From: Lobosporangium transversale
Taxonomy: Eukaryota
Direction: 5' to 3'
DNA length: 64,000 bases
Assembly (NCBI RefSeq): GCF_002105155.1
Contig: NW_019028994.1
Coordinates: forward strand, 310,001-374,000
A model generated the notes under the pieces. It saw only the letters and a program-made list of their open reading frames with translations. It was not told the origin of the DNA and ran no database searches. The position numbers and the translations under genes were made by a program. Of this stretch, positions 52,412 to 64,000 are shown in pieces. Position 1 is the stretch's first letter, and each line of letters begins with the position of its first letter.

Positions 52412-54141
52412 CTACTTGTTGACAACATAACTTGGTGCGCAGAGGAATGTGTACACCTCTCCATCCTCAAGCCCACTGTCTGAAAACGTCCATCGACTCG
52501 ACAATCGACCTGCTCGTTCCCTTGCCCTTCGTCCAAGCACCACCACATCATACAAATCATCCACCAACATCCTGTTCAGATTAAAGAAATTATGTCGGAT
52601 CGAATGAATGTTCACATCCAAACTCGTCGTATCAATCACATCCACATCCAACACCTCTCCCGTAGGTCCATACACCAACGTCCGTGGATGACGACCCAGT
52701 GATTTCTGACGCGTTAAAAGCTCACTCCAAAACAACGCTCCATCATGTGCATCCGCATACAGCGTAATATGTGGACAGTATTTAGACAGCGTCCAGTAAT
52801 CCTCCTCTAAAAAGATCTCCAAATCTGCATCTGGATTGAGCAATGTGAACGTCGCAAGCTGGATCGGTGTCGTCGGATCATCCGAATTCGAAAAACTGTC
52901 CGAGATTGCCGCCTGTTGAGTCGATGATCTCGTTGTCTTGAAAGACCTTCCCGACATCGTATCTCGATACCGGACAGAGGCCCTCGCATGTAACGCTGTC
53001 TTGCTTCCACCATGAGCCGACTCTAACGAGGGCTCTTCCACAGCCACGACCTCACGTTCCGCAACCACCCCATCAAAGTATCCCTTCCGAAGTGCTGATA
53101 GAACAATCCGTGCTCCCATACTATGCGCCAGAATATGCACCCTTCGGAACCCTGCCTCACGCAGATCCTCAATAAACTGTCGCAAATCCTTGGCAACAAC
53201 ATCTGAACATCCAACAGCATTCGCAGTGAAATAGCCTAATGTGGTGGAAGATGGCCAGTTGAAAACAAATGGTTTGATATAGGGTGGAAACTCTCCCAGT
53301 GAGAGCAATTGACCAAGGCGACCAATTCCATAGGTGAGCGGACAATTATATCCATGAATAAACACTAGTGCCTCATATCCTGCTCTTGACGCTGCCAATG
53401 CTGAGGGCGTTTTCCCATCAATATCCATCACCTGACGCCAACCTTCCACCATCAGTCCTTCCTGATTGAGTCGCTTCCTCCTACCATACTCCCCCGACCG
53501 ACGACGATCCTCAGGGCTGTTTGAGGGTCCGTCCAAGATAGCATCGGCAGGGCCATAATCCGAATCATCACTGGCACTGCCACCGCCGTTGCTTCCTTCG
53601 GCTTGGTTAGTAGGTACGAGCAAAGTCGGTACCGGTGTTTGAGATGTCGAGCGATCACGACCAGCATCACTGCCCTCGATCACCACATTCTGACCTTCAG
53701 TCCCCATATTTGGTGGACAGATCCGTCGAATAACAACCTCATTCACATCACCCCGACGTCTACTCCTGATATATCCCGGTATAAGGATACCCCGATCCGT
53801 GTACCGTACCACAATTGACTTTGAAAGAGGTATACTCTTCTTGGATTTCCCATTACGGAAGCTGCCACGGATAGAAGGACGAGTCTGTAAACTCTCTGCG
53901 AATGTTGAAAGAAAAGACAAAGGGTATGATAATGCAATCGATGGTGCCTCCAGATCCTCCTTTGCTATATGGTCCAGTTCTGATCTGTAGATTCCTTTGC
54001 CAATTATCCGAACAAATGGGAGATGGTGGAAGAATTTGCTAAAAGATGTTTGCAAGACAATTTTTTTTTTTTTTTTTTTTCTAGTAAGTAATTGCACATC
54101 CATAGACGTTATTTCTGGCCAAGTCAGGGACTACAGAGAGG

Positions 54142-54172
<31 letters not shown>

Positions 54173-55585
54173 ACGAGGACATACCCAGAGACTGAGCATT
54201 CTACAGCTGCTGCACCATAAGATAACCCTTTTGGATCCCGTGCTGCTTTGAAAGCAGTTGAATCATCCTTATCAATAGAGTTTTTGCAAAATCCAATCCG
54301 AATGTTGTTGAATGCATTGCCAGTTCCATACTCCTGACTCTTGAATGGTCCAATGGGCTCACCATGGTCCCAAATGCCTATGATATGGGATAGGTAAGTT
54401 ATTAAAATGAAAAAGAGATGATAGAGTTGCAATTTGCTTCATAGTCGGTATTTTTTTTTTTTTTTTTTTTTTTGTATATATATATATATAAAAAGAGTCA
54501 TCCCCGTGCCATACCTTGTAATGCCTCTCCTGTAAACGTATGATCTGTCCATTCTCCCAACCCATGGGGCCGACCTTCTTCATCAAACTCGCCAACATAA
54601 GAGACAGAACTTCGTTGGAGACGATACTCATCCTCATCCCAGGAGACATAGGAAAACATGATGGTCCGATAGTTGACACTTCTGGAGGATGGGCTTGGGA
54701 CGTCTCGAATACGCCACCATTTCTTAACATTGAGCCATTGAGCACGTAGGACAATGCGAGGGTAAACAACACGGAGAAAAACCACGGTCCCCAAAGTAAA
54801 GACTTCCAAGGATGCAAGCACAATGAGGACAATCTTGGCTCGCAGTGCATTCTTGCCATCGGGGTCCGCCTTGGCTTCGGGTCCGTTCCTGACTGTCTCA
54901 AAGAAGGATCCTTTGTTAATTACAAATAGTACTAGTGTCGCTAACACTAGCCTAAAAAGACAAGATTTAGGGACGTTAGATGTCTAATGGCTCGATACCA
55001 TTCCACAAGGGAAAGGGATCTGCATGTTCAATTGAGGGATTTTTTTTTTTTTTAAAAAAAAAAAATAGTATTTTACCAGTAGAAGCACCAACGGACAACA
55101 ATAGAGACCTTGACAACGACATAAATCATGAGAATGAGGAGAATGATAATCAGCAAAAGCTCTGGCCAAGAGGAAGCCAATTCCAGTCGTTGCGCTCCAA
55201 TGCCTATCAAGCTCAGAAAGAGGGCAATGACAATAGCAGAGAAGATGTAACGTCGTGTGCTATGACGTCTGTACTGACCTGCAAGGGGGGGGAGGGGAAC
55301 ATGTAAGGGGAGAAGAGAAAATGGACCCAATCGTTGAAAAACAATAGACAGCAATTAATATAATTAGCAACAATAGCATTGGTGATATGAATGGATGGGC
55401 ACTATTTTTTTTTCTTTTTCTTCTCCTTCTTCTTCTTCCAATTGCTTTCACACAATAATAGCAAAAACAAACATGCCATGTGCTTTTCTCCTCATTTTGC
55501 GGTGGATCATGAATCGAAATGTGGGTATAAGTGTGTCGATGGATGGCTCGACAGAAGAGTCCGATGGCGGTCTTGTAGAGTCCAT
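52412..55585 (-). CDS. Multi-pass membrane protein with MORN-like segment and C-terminal alpha/beta hydrolase (DUF900-like); 5 exons, first intron probably GC-AG
   Basis: About 4 TM helices; YVGEFDEEGRPHGLGEW..QG|IWDHGEPIGPF; LVFIHGYN, FNWPS, HILAHSMG (nucleophile elbow). Phase-compatible splice sites found for all joins. Confidence 0.8.
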
Positions 55586-55870
55586 GTTTGAATTAGAATT
55601 GAGGAGTTTTTTTTTTTTTTTTTTTTTTGTTTTGTCGGTTCCAAGAATGAAGGATCAGTCAAGGTAATTGCTGTGTTTAGAGAGGGAATATGTATGTATG
55701 ATTCAAGTTTGCAGAATCACATTCATAAAACGCATTCACTCAATGCACAATGTTCACCAACACAAAAGGATATTTCTTCTATGTTAAATGATGTGCAATG
55801 AATGAAGGTGAAAGAGAAAGAGCGGGAAACAGTGGGTGGACGTGAATTAGAGGAGAGGGGGAAAAAAGAG

Positions 55871-55874
<4 letters not shown>

Positions 55875-55918
<44 letters not shown>
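55875..55918. repeat. (AG)22 microsatellite
   Basis: Direct reading of the sequence. Confidence 0.95.
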
Positions 55919-55923
<5 letters not shown>

Positions 55924-56417
55924 AGATTGTGCGGGGCGAAGCTCCTCTTTGTTAATAAAATTGCTTGGCGGCCAATCAGTCTCACGCCGCCATCATTTGT
56001 ATCCAATATCCAAATAAAAAAAAAATATTCAGGTCCTAATAGTCATTGGGTAATGAATGGAGCTGTTGCGCCACCAATGTCCTCAACAAACATCACCAAT
56101 AAAAGAAAGAAAAAAAAAAAAAAGACCACCCCACTTTGGAGTCAAATGAAAAAGAATAAAAAAAAAAGCTGAACTGAACAGGGATTGATTTGACATGAAA
56201 AAAAAAAAAAAAAAAAAGAAAAGAAAAGAGGATTTATAATATTAAAATGATGAGCCTAAATCCTAATTGCATTTGACAGCAGTTTGTCAATCGTCTATGA
56301 CGTGATGTTCTCATTCCGTTCATTTGTTTATTGGCCATGTTCTTGTCGTTCAGGGGTTGCAACTTAGCAGAAACACATCTACTTTTTCAATTTCTTCCTC
56401 CTTGAAAAAGAATCCAC

Positions 56418-57549
56418 TCAGATCTCTGGCAGATCAATTGTGTATCGCGGCTCCGCTGGACGAGTGAAATGATGCCGCACTGCTGTGGTAGCCACCTTTT
56501 GGCCTGGTTTCTCCCACCTATACACGGCTTGCACATGAGGATCGTAATCAGGTTGCGGCTTGTTATTATGATGATGAGGATAATGATGATGGTCATGACT
56601 TTTATGACCATGCCCCTTGGGTAGATTGTGTAGGTGCTGGTGGTGATGTTGTTGATGATGGTGATGCTGTTGATTGTGATAGCGCTGCTGATATTGATTT
56701 TGAACCCGTGGTGCACTATGGCTTGAAGCGAGATAAGACGAGATGAATGCAGCCAGCACAATCGCAAGTACTACCATCAACAGTGCGGCCAAATTAGGGA
56801 TAGCTGCCAACCACCTCAGGTGCACCTTACTCGACACTACCTTTTGTGGTAATGGAATCCATCGATGAATCGATTTGATTGTTTTTTGCCACTAAAATCA
56901 AATCACAATCATTAATAAACCATGTTTGATAAATCGAATCATTATTCATTTCCAATAGAGTGAAATTACACTGTAAAGTAATGTTATTACCTTTGGAGTA
57001 AGATAGCGTTCTGCTCGCCGGGTCAGCTTGACAAGATATTCGCTCTCATATGTCAATACCAGCTGCTCAGCGCGTGTTCCTCTGGCCTTCACATCGTCAA
57101 TAGGTCGCTTGACCAAGCCGCGGGGCACATATTTACGTTGTTTCTCTGGATTGAGCAGACCATCAGAATCAGATTCTTCTAATGGGAGGATCAGCGCCTG
57201 TAATTGCTCATCTGACAGCGTGCTTCCATTCTCATGTGTTGTTTGATGTTGCTTCTCAAACGATGTCACCACACTAGGATAGAGGTCAAATACTTCGCCC
57301 ACAAGTGCCATTGTCTCTCTCAGCCCCTTTAATTCGCTCATATATACAACTGGGTCTTGTAAAGCAGTCTTGGGGGCTGGTTGTGCAAACATGCTGCTGA
57401 TCATTGATGAAATGGCACTCAAACCCGTACCCTGCTCTGATCCTGATTTGTTCTTCGCTTCTAAGGCTGCAAGTCGCTCTTGACGAATGTCAACTGCATT
57501 GCCAAGTTTCGTCAGGAGCATTCGAATCTGAGAGAAAGTACATAGAAAA

Positions 57550-57593
<44 letters not shown>

Positions 57594-59836
57594 AATGGAG
57601 GCACATTCATGCATATAAACATCATCCAAGAAATCACAATTGAAGGTACCTTGCTTCGAGCAGTTCCTTCTACCAAGAAAAGCGCCTCATACTTGAACTG
57701 ATGTCCTTCAAGCTGTTGCAACTGTCTTTGCAATGCATTGACCATTGACGCAAGGAACGTTGATGTGACATCTGGTCTTGCCGTTGCTGCAGCGGCAAGC
57801 CCCCCTCCTTCTGTAAGCGACTCAAACAGAGCATAGGACGAATCCGAAAAATTCTCTGGCCACACAATCGCCTGTTCAGCCACTTTGAGGATCTCTTTGA
57901 GATTCTCTGCCTTGTACACCTTCATAACCCTTTGAATCGATCGTAACTCCATCTTCAATGTCATTGGTGCTGGTACTGTAAGTGAACGACTGGTTTGAGG
58001 TGCATGTGAAAGTCGAGGCATATAGAGTTCTAAAAATTCCGTGTAAAACAATAGGTTGTCAAAGATGAATGGTTGCCTATTTGGGAATAAAGGGAAAGTA
58101 CAGATTTTCAAGAGATCAGCAATCAACTACTGCATTTATGATCACTCTAGCCATGTCCACGTCAAACCTTCTCCCAAAAGTCTTCAAAAGACTTGCCATT
58201 TTTCAGATACAATATCTCCTGAAACCGATGGATCGCGTCGACCGTATCGCCAAGGCGTGATCCAGATCATCCATGTGTTGATTAAGCTTGGGAATGTGTT
58301 ATCCAGGGGCCAGAATTGAAGGCCCAGCTTCAAGAACGTAAACAGTTGAGGTCGAAGATATTGATAGGTGCTTCTTCTCGCCATTCCTGCCAAGTTCAAG
58401 ACTGATTTTCCGGTAGAATCGATTACATGACTTGGCATCAAGTCACCACCAAGGACGTACGGTGAGACATCATGCGCATACAGATGAGAAATTAACACTG
58501 TGATACACTCTGCAATATCTGCCCCCGGTTGCACATATCGAATTGTCTATGATATTCCAACAGAAGTGAGTGATGTCGATGTTTAATCATCAGTACGAGG
58601 GAGGCATGCCTTGCGTTGCTTCAATAAGTGAATAAAAAAAAAAATAAAAAAAAAAAAAAAAGAAATTCTTTTTCTTTTTTCCTTCTTACTCTGTTGTCCG
58701 CATTTTTATCGTTCTGGCCAAGCCAAAGTTCTACTAGTGTTCCAATAAAGAATTCTGATAGCGATAGCTGCGTCTGATTTCTGTCCAAAGAATTCTCAAT
58801 AGCCTGGTCGTTAAAAACATTTAATGATCGCTGTACAGAAGTGGAATTCGAAGCGCCAGCAGATGCATCCTTGGGTCGCTCTGGCGCTGGGATGAAGTAA
58901 TGAAGATATTGATGGAATAAGTTGAAGAATGATCCGTCGACGAGTACGCGTGAGGTAGGCTGCTTTGGTGCATTTCCTGATGTCCAATCTGATGCTCGTG
59001 ATGAACCTGCTTGTGTAGCACTAGGCGCAGGTCCACTGATCTTAAAAGCCAGCTTAGGATCCGTCTAATATTTTTTAAGAAGAAAAAAAAAAAAAAAAAA
59101 AAAAAAAAAGACTTTTCAGGAAAGGTTGAACTCAAGTAAAGAGAAATTAAAATAATAATTACATTGAGATCCTAGAACATGAAAGTAATCCGGTTTCATA
59201 CCCTGCGTAATCCACGGCCTTGTGTGTCGTCGTCATCCAAAGTCAATGCATATGCAAAGTAAAATAAAAAGTACTCCAGCATGTCTAATTGATAGAAAAG
59301 GTAAAGTCGTATTGGCGATTAGAGCTGGTCATATTTCCCATGCTAAAAAAAATCCTTCTTAAACTTTTCTCCATGTCTCCAACGACGAGACTGATATGAA
59401 CAGTCCAGGAATGCAAAACGTACTGAAGTTTAGATTGACTTTGGTGATTTGTGCCATTGTCTTTTGAGTACCAACGGGTGCAACAGTCTTCACCAAGTTG
59501 ACGCGAGAAAGGTAGATTGGAGGAAGGGTGAGGTATTGGGTTGGGTCCAGCTTTGACTGTGTCCGTTTCTGCGAAAGAATGATGATAAGGGTACTATATT
59601 AGTATATTTATGAAGTTATCTTTTACAAACAGATAAGATTACTATAATAGAGATCAAAAAAAAATAACATACTGGTAATGAATCTGGCACCATTTCGTAT
59701 ATAAAAGTCGTGTCTGTGTACCGACTGAGCAAAAACCGCATTAGGATTCCTCTGGGACGAATCAGCTCATACAGTGGATCTTCCTCTGCCTTGGATAATG
59801 GTAAATGTAGCCAGCCACTAATATTCCAATTCATGG

Positions 59837-59867
<31 letters not shown>

Positions 59868-60146
59868 TGAATATAAACAAAGTGGTCCAGTTCCGTAACA
59901 TTCTATTTTTTTTTTTTTTTTTTTTTTTTCCTGCTTCAGTTATCCCATGGAATGCAAGTGCAAGGTCCTCGTGTCTTACCGCGATTCTTTAGAACCGAAG
60001 AGGATCTGACAAAGTCGAGGCAAAAACTCGAAAAAGCTCTTTGCACAAGCATCTGAATCAAAAGACTGATTCAAATGGTTGGTGAGATTTGCACAAGCTG
60101 TCGGCACTGAGCCGACTAAGAGACGATCCAGACCCTCGAAGCTCAT
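56418..60146 (-). CDS. SMPD4: Sphingomyelin phosphodiesterase 4 (SMPD4/nSMase3)-like protein, multi-exon, C-terminal TM plus His-rich tail
   Basis: FLPRLCQILFGS..GWL, LIRPRGILMRFL, MLEYFLFYFAYAL, LQFWPLDNTFPSLINTWMIWITPWRY, VLTYESEYLVKL and VHLRWLA match SMPD4 motifs in order. Confidence 0.8.
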
Positions 60147-60309
60147 GTCAATCTGTCAAATGCTTCTCTTGCTTTTTTTTATTTTTTGCTGAATCCTGAA
60201 TTGATTAATGTGGCACTTGACGAAAGAAGATTGATGCAGGCTCATGAAACTTCTGGTGGCGAATTAGGTTCGCGTATGTTCACGTGATCAGATCATTCAA
60301 CAATTTTTT

Positions 60310-61378
60310 GAAAGTGAATGAATTGGTTTATGGAGACAAAAACATTGCTGTATTTTAAAACGTGGTATAAATATATCTTTTTTTTTTTTTTGTTATAAAC
60401 AGTTTTTGCTAACAGTTATTACATTGAAAGCCTGAGCAAGCACGCACGAATTCTTTGACCGATTTTCGAACCCCTTGCCCCGCTCTCTGTGTAATTTGTT
60501 TGAGGCCATCGATAGTGAGAACGTCGTTGTCTCCTGCAAAAGTTTTTAGTGTTTGAATGGTCGCATCAAGGTCAACATCATCGATCGGTGAGCTTGCAGA
60601 TCCATCATGACTTGAGGACGTATCACACCCAACTTCCTCCCCTAAATTACCGTCCTGCTTATTCTCTTTGACAGCTACCTGGTGTAGAGCTTCGTCGGTT
60701 ATCTCTTCCATATTTTCTATTTTTCTGATATCCAAGATATCTTCTTGACTAACTCTGGCGATGAGATGCTCGAAATAAATCTTCATCTGCTCTTTGTGTT
60801 GGAGATGCCGGATATACTGAAGATTCAGCTTTGGTTCGTCCTCACTTGGTAGTCGTCGCCAAAGTTCTTCGCGCATTTCCATTGGGAGCACGGGGGTTTT
60901 GGCAAAGCAGTTACGTAGTGTAGAAGCCTTGACCCTATTCCACGCATATGGGATCAGTGTCCAAGCACGACTATTAGCGATGCAGCCTGGTTTGGCAAAA
61001 TTACGCACAAGATTTGTTTCGTAGCCAAGCATCTCCAAGAATGCCCGCTTGAAAACACTAATAACCCCAGCATCAAGAGGCTGAGTGACTGATGTGGAAT
61101 TTTTGGGTAGCCGCTGTATGCAAAGATGCCTCCAAGGGATCCCTTTTTCTGGGTCACGCATCTCAATATTGTCGTGCGCTGTAGCGGAGTCTAGGAGGAG
61201 AAGAGCCGGCTCCGAGAGATCATCGTCCAGCATCGATAGCCAGTCGGCGAATATTGTGTGGTTCATCCATCCTGATTGTGTCCTTGCTATGGTCATTTCT
61301 GATAACGCTCCTTCTTCGACCTCTCTTGCAAAGTGTTGAGCTAACCAATATTAAGCGATCAACATAGTTAAAATGGGA

Positions 61379-61409
<31 letters not shown>

Positions 61410-62605
61410 TAAAATTAAAAAAAAATAAAAATAAAAATAAAAAAAAAAAAAAAAAAGAGATGACTGATAAGAAGTTCACTCTACATATTACCTATAACCA
61501 ATGGTTTTAACGAACGCTTAGTCTTGGCCATGCTGAGAGATGTGCCAGAGGCATTGATGCAAAATAAAACAGACACTTTGCATTCTCTGAAGGCCTTGGC
61601 GCCAGATCTAGAAAGCGGGGTTGTGTAAGACCTGGTATCCAATTCCTTCAAATAAAATCCAGTCTCGTCACAGCTGAAGATGTTATCAGGTGAGTATCTA
61701 GTGCAAAGCCGACGGATTTCGACGAGCTCGGGTTCAATCGCCTCCAGATCGACTGATCCTGCTTCTCTTTGAAGCTGGCAATACGTTATGTGATGCTGGC
61801 TCAGGATAGAGTCAAACCACCAAGCTGAAAAGGATAGTGGTGCTTCGGACGCAGTGTCACCAGATTCATCTTCAAGGTCACAAAGAACCGTACATGCAAA
61901 ATAAGCTGTATTCTTCATCTTTCCTGACGCAGGAACGTTTTTCTTTCGCTGGTTATGAAGCCAATGAAGAAGGACTTGCTCGAGCATGAGCGTCCTACGA
62001 TTAACGATATAGTGACTGCCTGAAGGGAGCCTCTTGGCCGCAGCACGTATTTCATTTTCTCGCTTGAGCATGCGTTGAAGGCTACTACATGAAAGATCGA
62101 GTCCTATTGTAGGGCCGAAGGAACGCTGGGAAAGTCTGTACGGAAGGTTTGTCTTCCGCTTTTCAAGATAATGGTATATATCCAAAATCTCAACTTGTTC
62201 ATCCAGGGTGCGAGACACCCTGGACATGGGCACTTCAAATGGATCAGCGCCAGGAAGCACAAGGACAGCGGCCATGTCTCCCGTCCTGGCAGAATTCAGG
62301 AGGTCATTATATCGCATTTGGCGAATTCTTTGAATCTCCTCAAGTTCCTTTTTGGTATATGTTTTGTCCTTATTTGATGAGGGCAAAGGGAGGGCAGGCT
62401 TCAGTTTTTTAACCCGCGTCTTCACCTCATCCGAGAACGACTGTCGTCTCTTGTTCTCAAACTTTTTGGTCATGGTGTTGTGTAATGTTGAATGAGGAAT
62501 GAAGACGTTTTTTTGTCATGTGCGCCAATAAATAGAACTGGAAATTTCACGTTTTAAAATACATCATTTTTACGGTCAGTTTCACTGTCCACATAAACCA
62601 CTTTC
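60310..62605 (-). mobile_element. pogo/Tigger-like (Tc1-mariner superfamily) DNA transposon with decayed terminal inverted repeats
   Basis: Perfect inverted 16-mer TGTATTTTAAAACGTG (60349-60364) / CACGTTTTAAAATACA (62548-62563). An outer inverted pair TGGTTTATG (60324-60332) / CATAAACCA (62592-62600) also brackets the transposase. Exact ends and TSD not resolved. Confidence 0.75.
60409..62473 (-). CDS. CENP-B/pogo-family DDE_1 transposase, DD38D; intron 61341-61491
   Basis: HTH region LEQVLLHWL..FSAWWF; NIFSCDETG; KPLVI|; SGWMNHTIFADWL; LLLLDSATAH; LPKNSTSVTQPLDAGVISVFK. Splicing gives one uninterrupted frame. Confidence 0.88.
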
Positions 62606-63512
62606 GACTGCTAATGACATGAGTGTGGATGGATTTGCCGCAATACGCCTTGTTTTTTTTAAATAAACAAATCGTTCGACTAGGGATTGTTTATTATGCT
62701 ATTCAACTTTAATGCCTGATGCTTCTTGCTATTTCATCGAATTATAAATAACATCGTCAAGTGTCTTGTCCACGATATCCTCATCCATGTCCCTCAACAA
62801 AAACCACGAACCGATCACTGCTATGAATCTGAGTGTGCGAATGCGTAAAATCTTGATAGACTACAAAGTATTGGTCTCGATATCGAGCTACAGGTTTAAA
62901 TAAAGACCTTGCGTTGATAATACATACCATGCAGAAGGATAATCACATCCCTTATCCATTTTTCCAAGACGGAGAACATACGGTAACTTGTGATCGGACC
63001 CGGCAAGGAGGCAGGAGATTGTAGGTACCAAGGCAGAACCATGTCTCGGAGAAAAAAAAGAAATAAAAAAAAAAAAAAGAAGACAGACTCGTTGGAACTG
63101 CGGGGCTAGAGCCTTTGCAGTAGACCAAAGCCTATTCAAAGGCTTTCATCACTACGAATAGCCTCCTCGTAACGATCTTCGAGGTCAGAGAAAAAAAAAA
63201 AAAAAAAGAGAGAAGCTGCAATACTCTTATTGGATCGGAAGAGTCCACGTCTCCTCATTGTAAGAAACAAGGTATTACTCACAGATGATACTGGAAGCGT
63301 AGATAAATGATAAAGATAGTGGCCATGTTTGGTTGTTGAGGACATGGTGGGAAAAAAAAAAAAATGGTGACGCATAATAGCTAAGACAAGCTTGCAAGGA
63401 GCGAAAATAGGGTTGGTTCTTCAATATAATTTAGTTTTCAAGTCTGGCTAACCATTACCATTCAAACCCCTTACATTCAACTTTTTTTTTTTATTCGCCA
63501 TTCAAACCAACA

Positions 63513-64000
63513 ATGCACCGAACACCATTAACAATGTCAATACACATGCTGCGCGCAAGGACCATTGCTACCGCAGTTCGTGCCACCGCAAACATCCCTA
63601 TCTCTCACAATCTGAGACGTGGTACATTGAACTGGAAGGGGAGTAGTCTGAACTTTTCTACCACCGGAACTGGGAATGGAACCATGTTTGCAGCAAGTGC
63701 TGCAGTAGGACTTGCCTCAACATCTGCATCCCCCGGTGCAGGAGATGCCGGCTCGGCTTCAAACTTCTTTTCTCTCAAAGCCAAGGATAAAGGCCATCAA
63801 GAGGTTGATTTGTCCCAGTATGCGAACAAGGTTATCCTGGTCGTGAATGTGGCCTCCCGATGTGGATTTACGGAGCAATACACAGAGTTGGAGCAGCTTT
63901 ACAAGGATTACAAGGACCGAGGATTTGTTGTCATTGGATTTCCTTGCAACCAATTTGGAGCACAAGTAAGTTTTGTAGCCATAAAAAAAAAAAAAAAAAA
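63513..64000 (+). CDS. Glutathione peroxidase (Cys-type PHGPx/Gpx family), 3' end outside window; intron starts 63966
   Basis: Open frame from ATG 63513: ..VDLSQYANKVILVVNVASRCGFTEQYTELEQLY..GFVVIGFPCNQFGAQ|gtaagt. Absent from the ORF track because there is no stop in the window. Confidence 0.93.
   Translation, partial: MHRTPLTMSIHMLRARTIATAVRATANIPISHNLRRGTLNWKGSSLNFSTTGTGNGTMFAASAAVGLASTSASPGAGDAGSASNFFSLKAKDKGHQEVDLSQYANKVILVVNVASRCGFTEQYTELEQLYKDYKDRGFVVIGFPCNQFGAQVSFVAIKKKKK

Noticed and set aside
62880..63350. Possible small spliced gene on the minus strand divergent from the peroxidase
   Set aside because: Splice-like signals exist but the joined frames hit stops and show no recognisable motif.
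63850..63870. Possible selenocysteine in the glutathione peroxidase
   Set aside because: The active-site codon is TGT (Cys), not TGA.

Overview
Eukaryotic, intron-rich fungal DNA with long poly(A)/poly(T) tracts. Gene content points to an early-diverging fungus of the Mortierellaceae (inference). Conserved genes: a Kelch-repeat membrane protein (5' partial), the HIRA/Hir1 histone chaperone, a frameshifted MCT-type MFS transporter, a Gfd2/QIP-like DEDDh exonuclease, a Cyp33-type RRM protein, a class IV chitin synthase, a Pro/Ser/Thr-rich single-pass membrane protein, a TM-MORN-alpha/beta-hydrolase, an SMPD4-like protein and a glutathione peroxidase (3' partial). The interval ~11.7-39.3 kb looks like an accessory, defence-type region. 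It holds three same-strand paralogs of a helical/ARM-NACHT-pentapeptide-WD40 NLR-like gene at different stages of decay, one collapsed by a ~4.9 kb deletion at a 5-bp microhomology. It also holds a spliced pseudokinase-ankyrin fusion, an NADPH-oxidase pseudogene missed by the ORF track, a truncated Helitron and a divergent lone HMG-box ORF. Also seen: a secreted protein with four 46-aa repeats and a putative Kex2 site, an intact intron-containing pogo-like DD38D transposase with decayed inverted repeats, a Crinkler/REase-like pseudogene and a ~70%-identical dispersed repeat pair. Exon joins were read by eye and family names come from motif recognition; no database searches were run.
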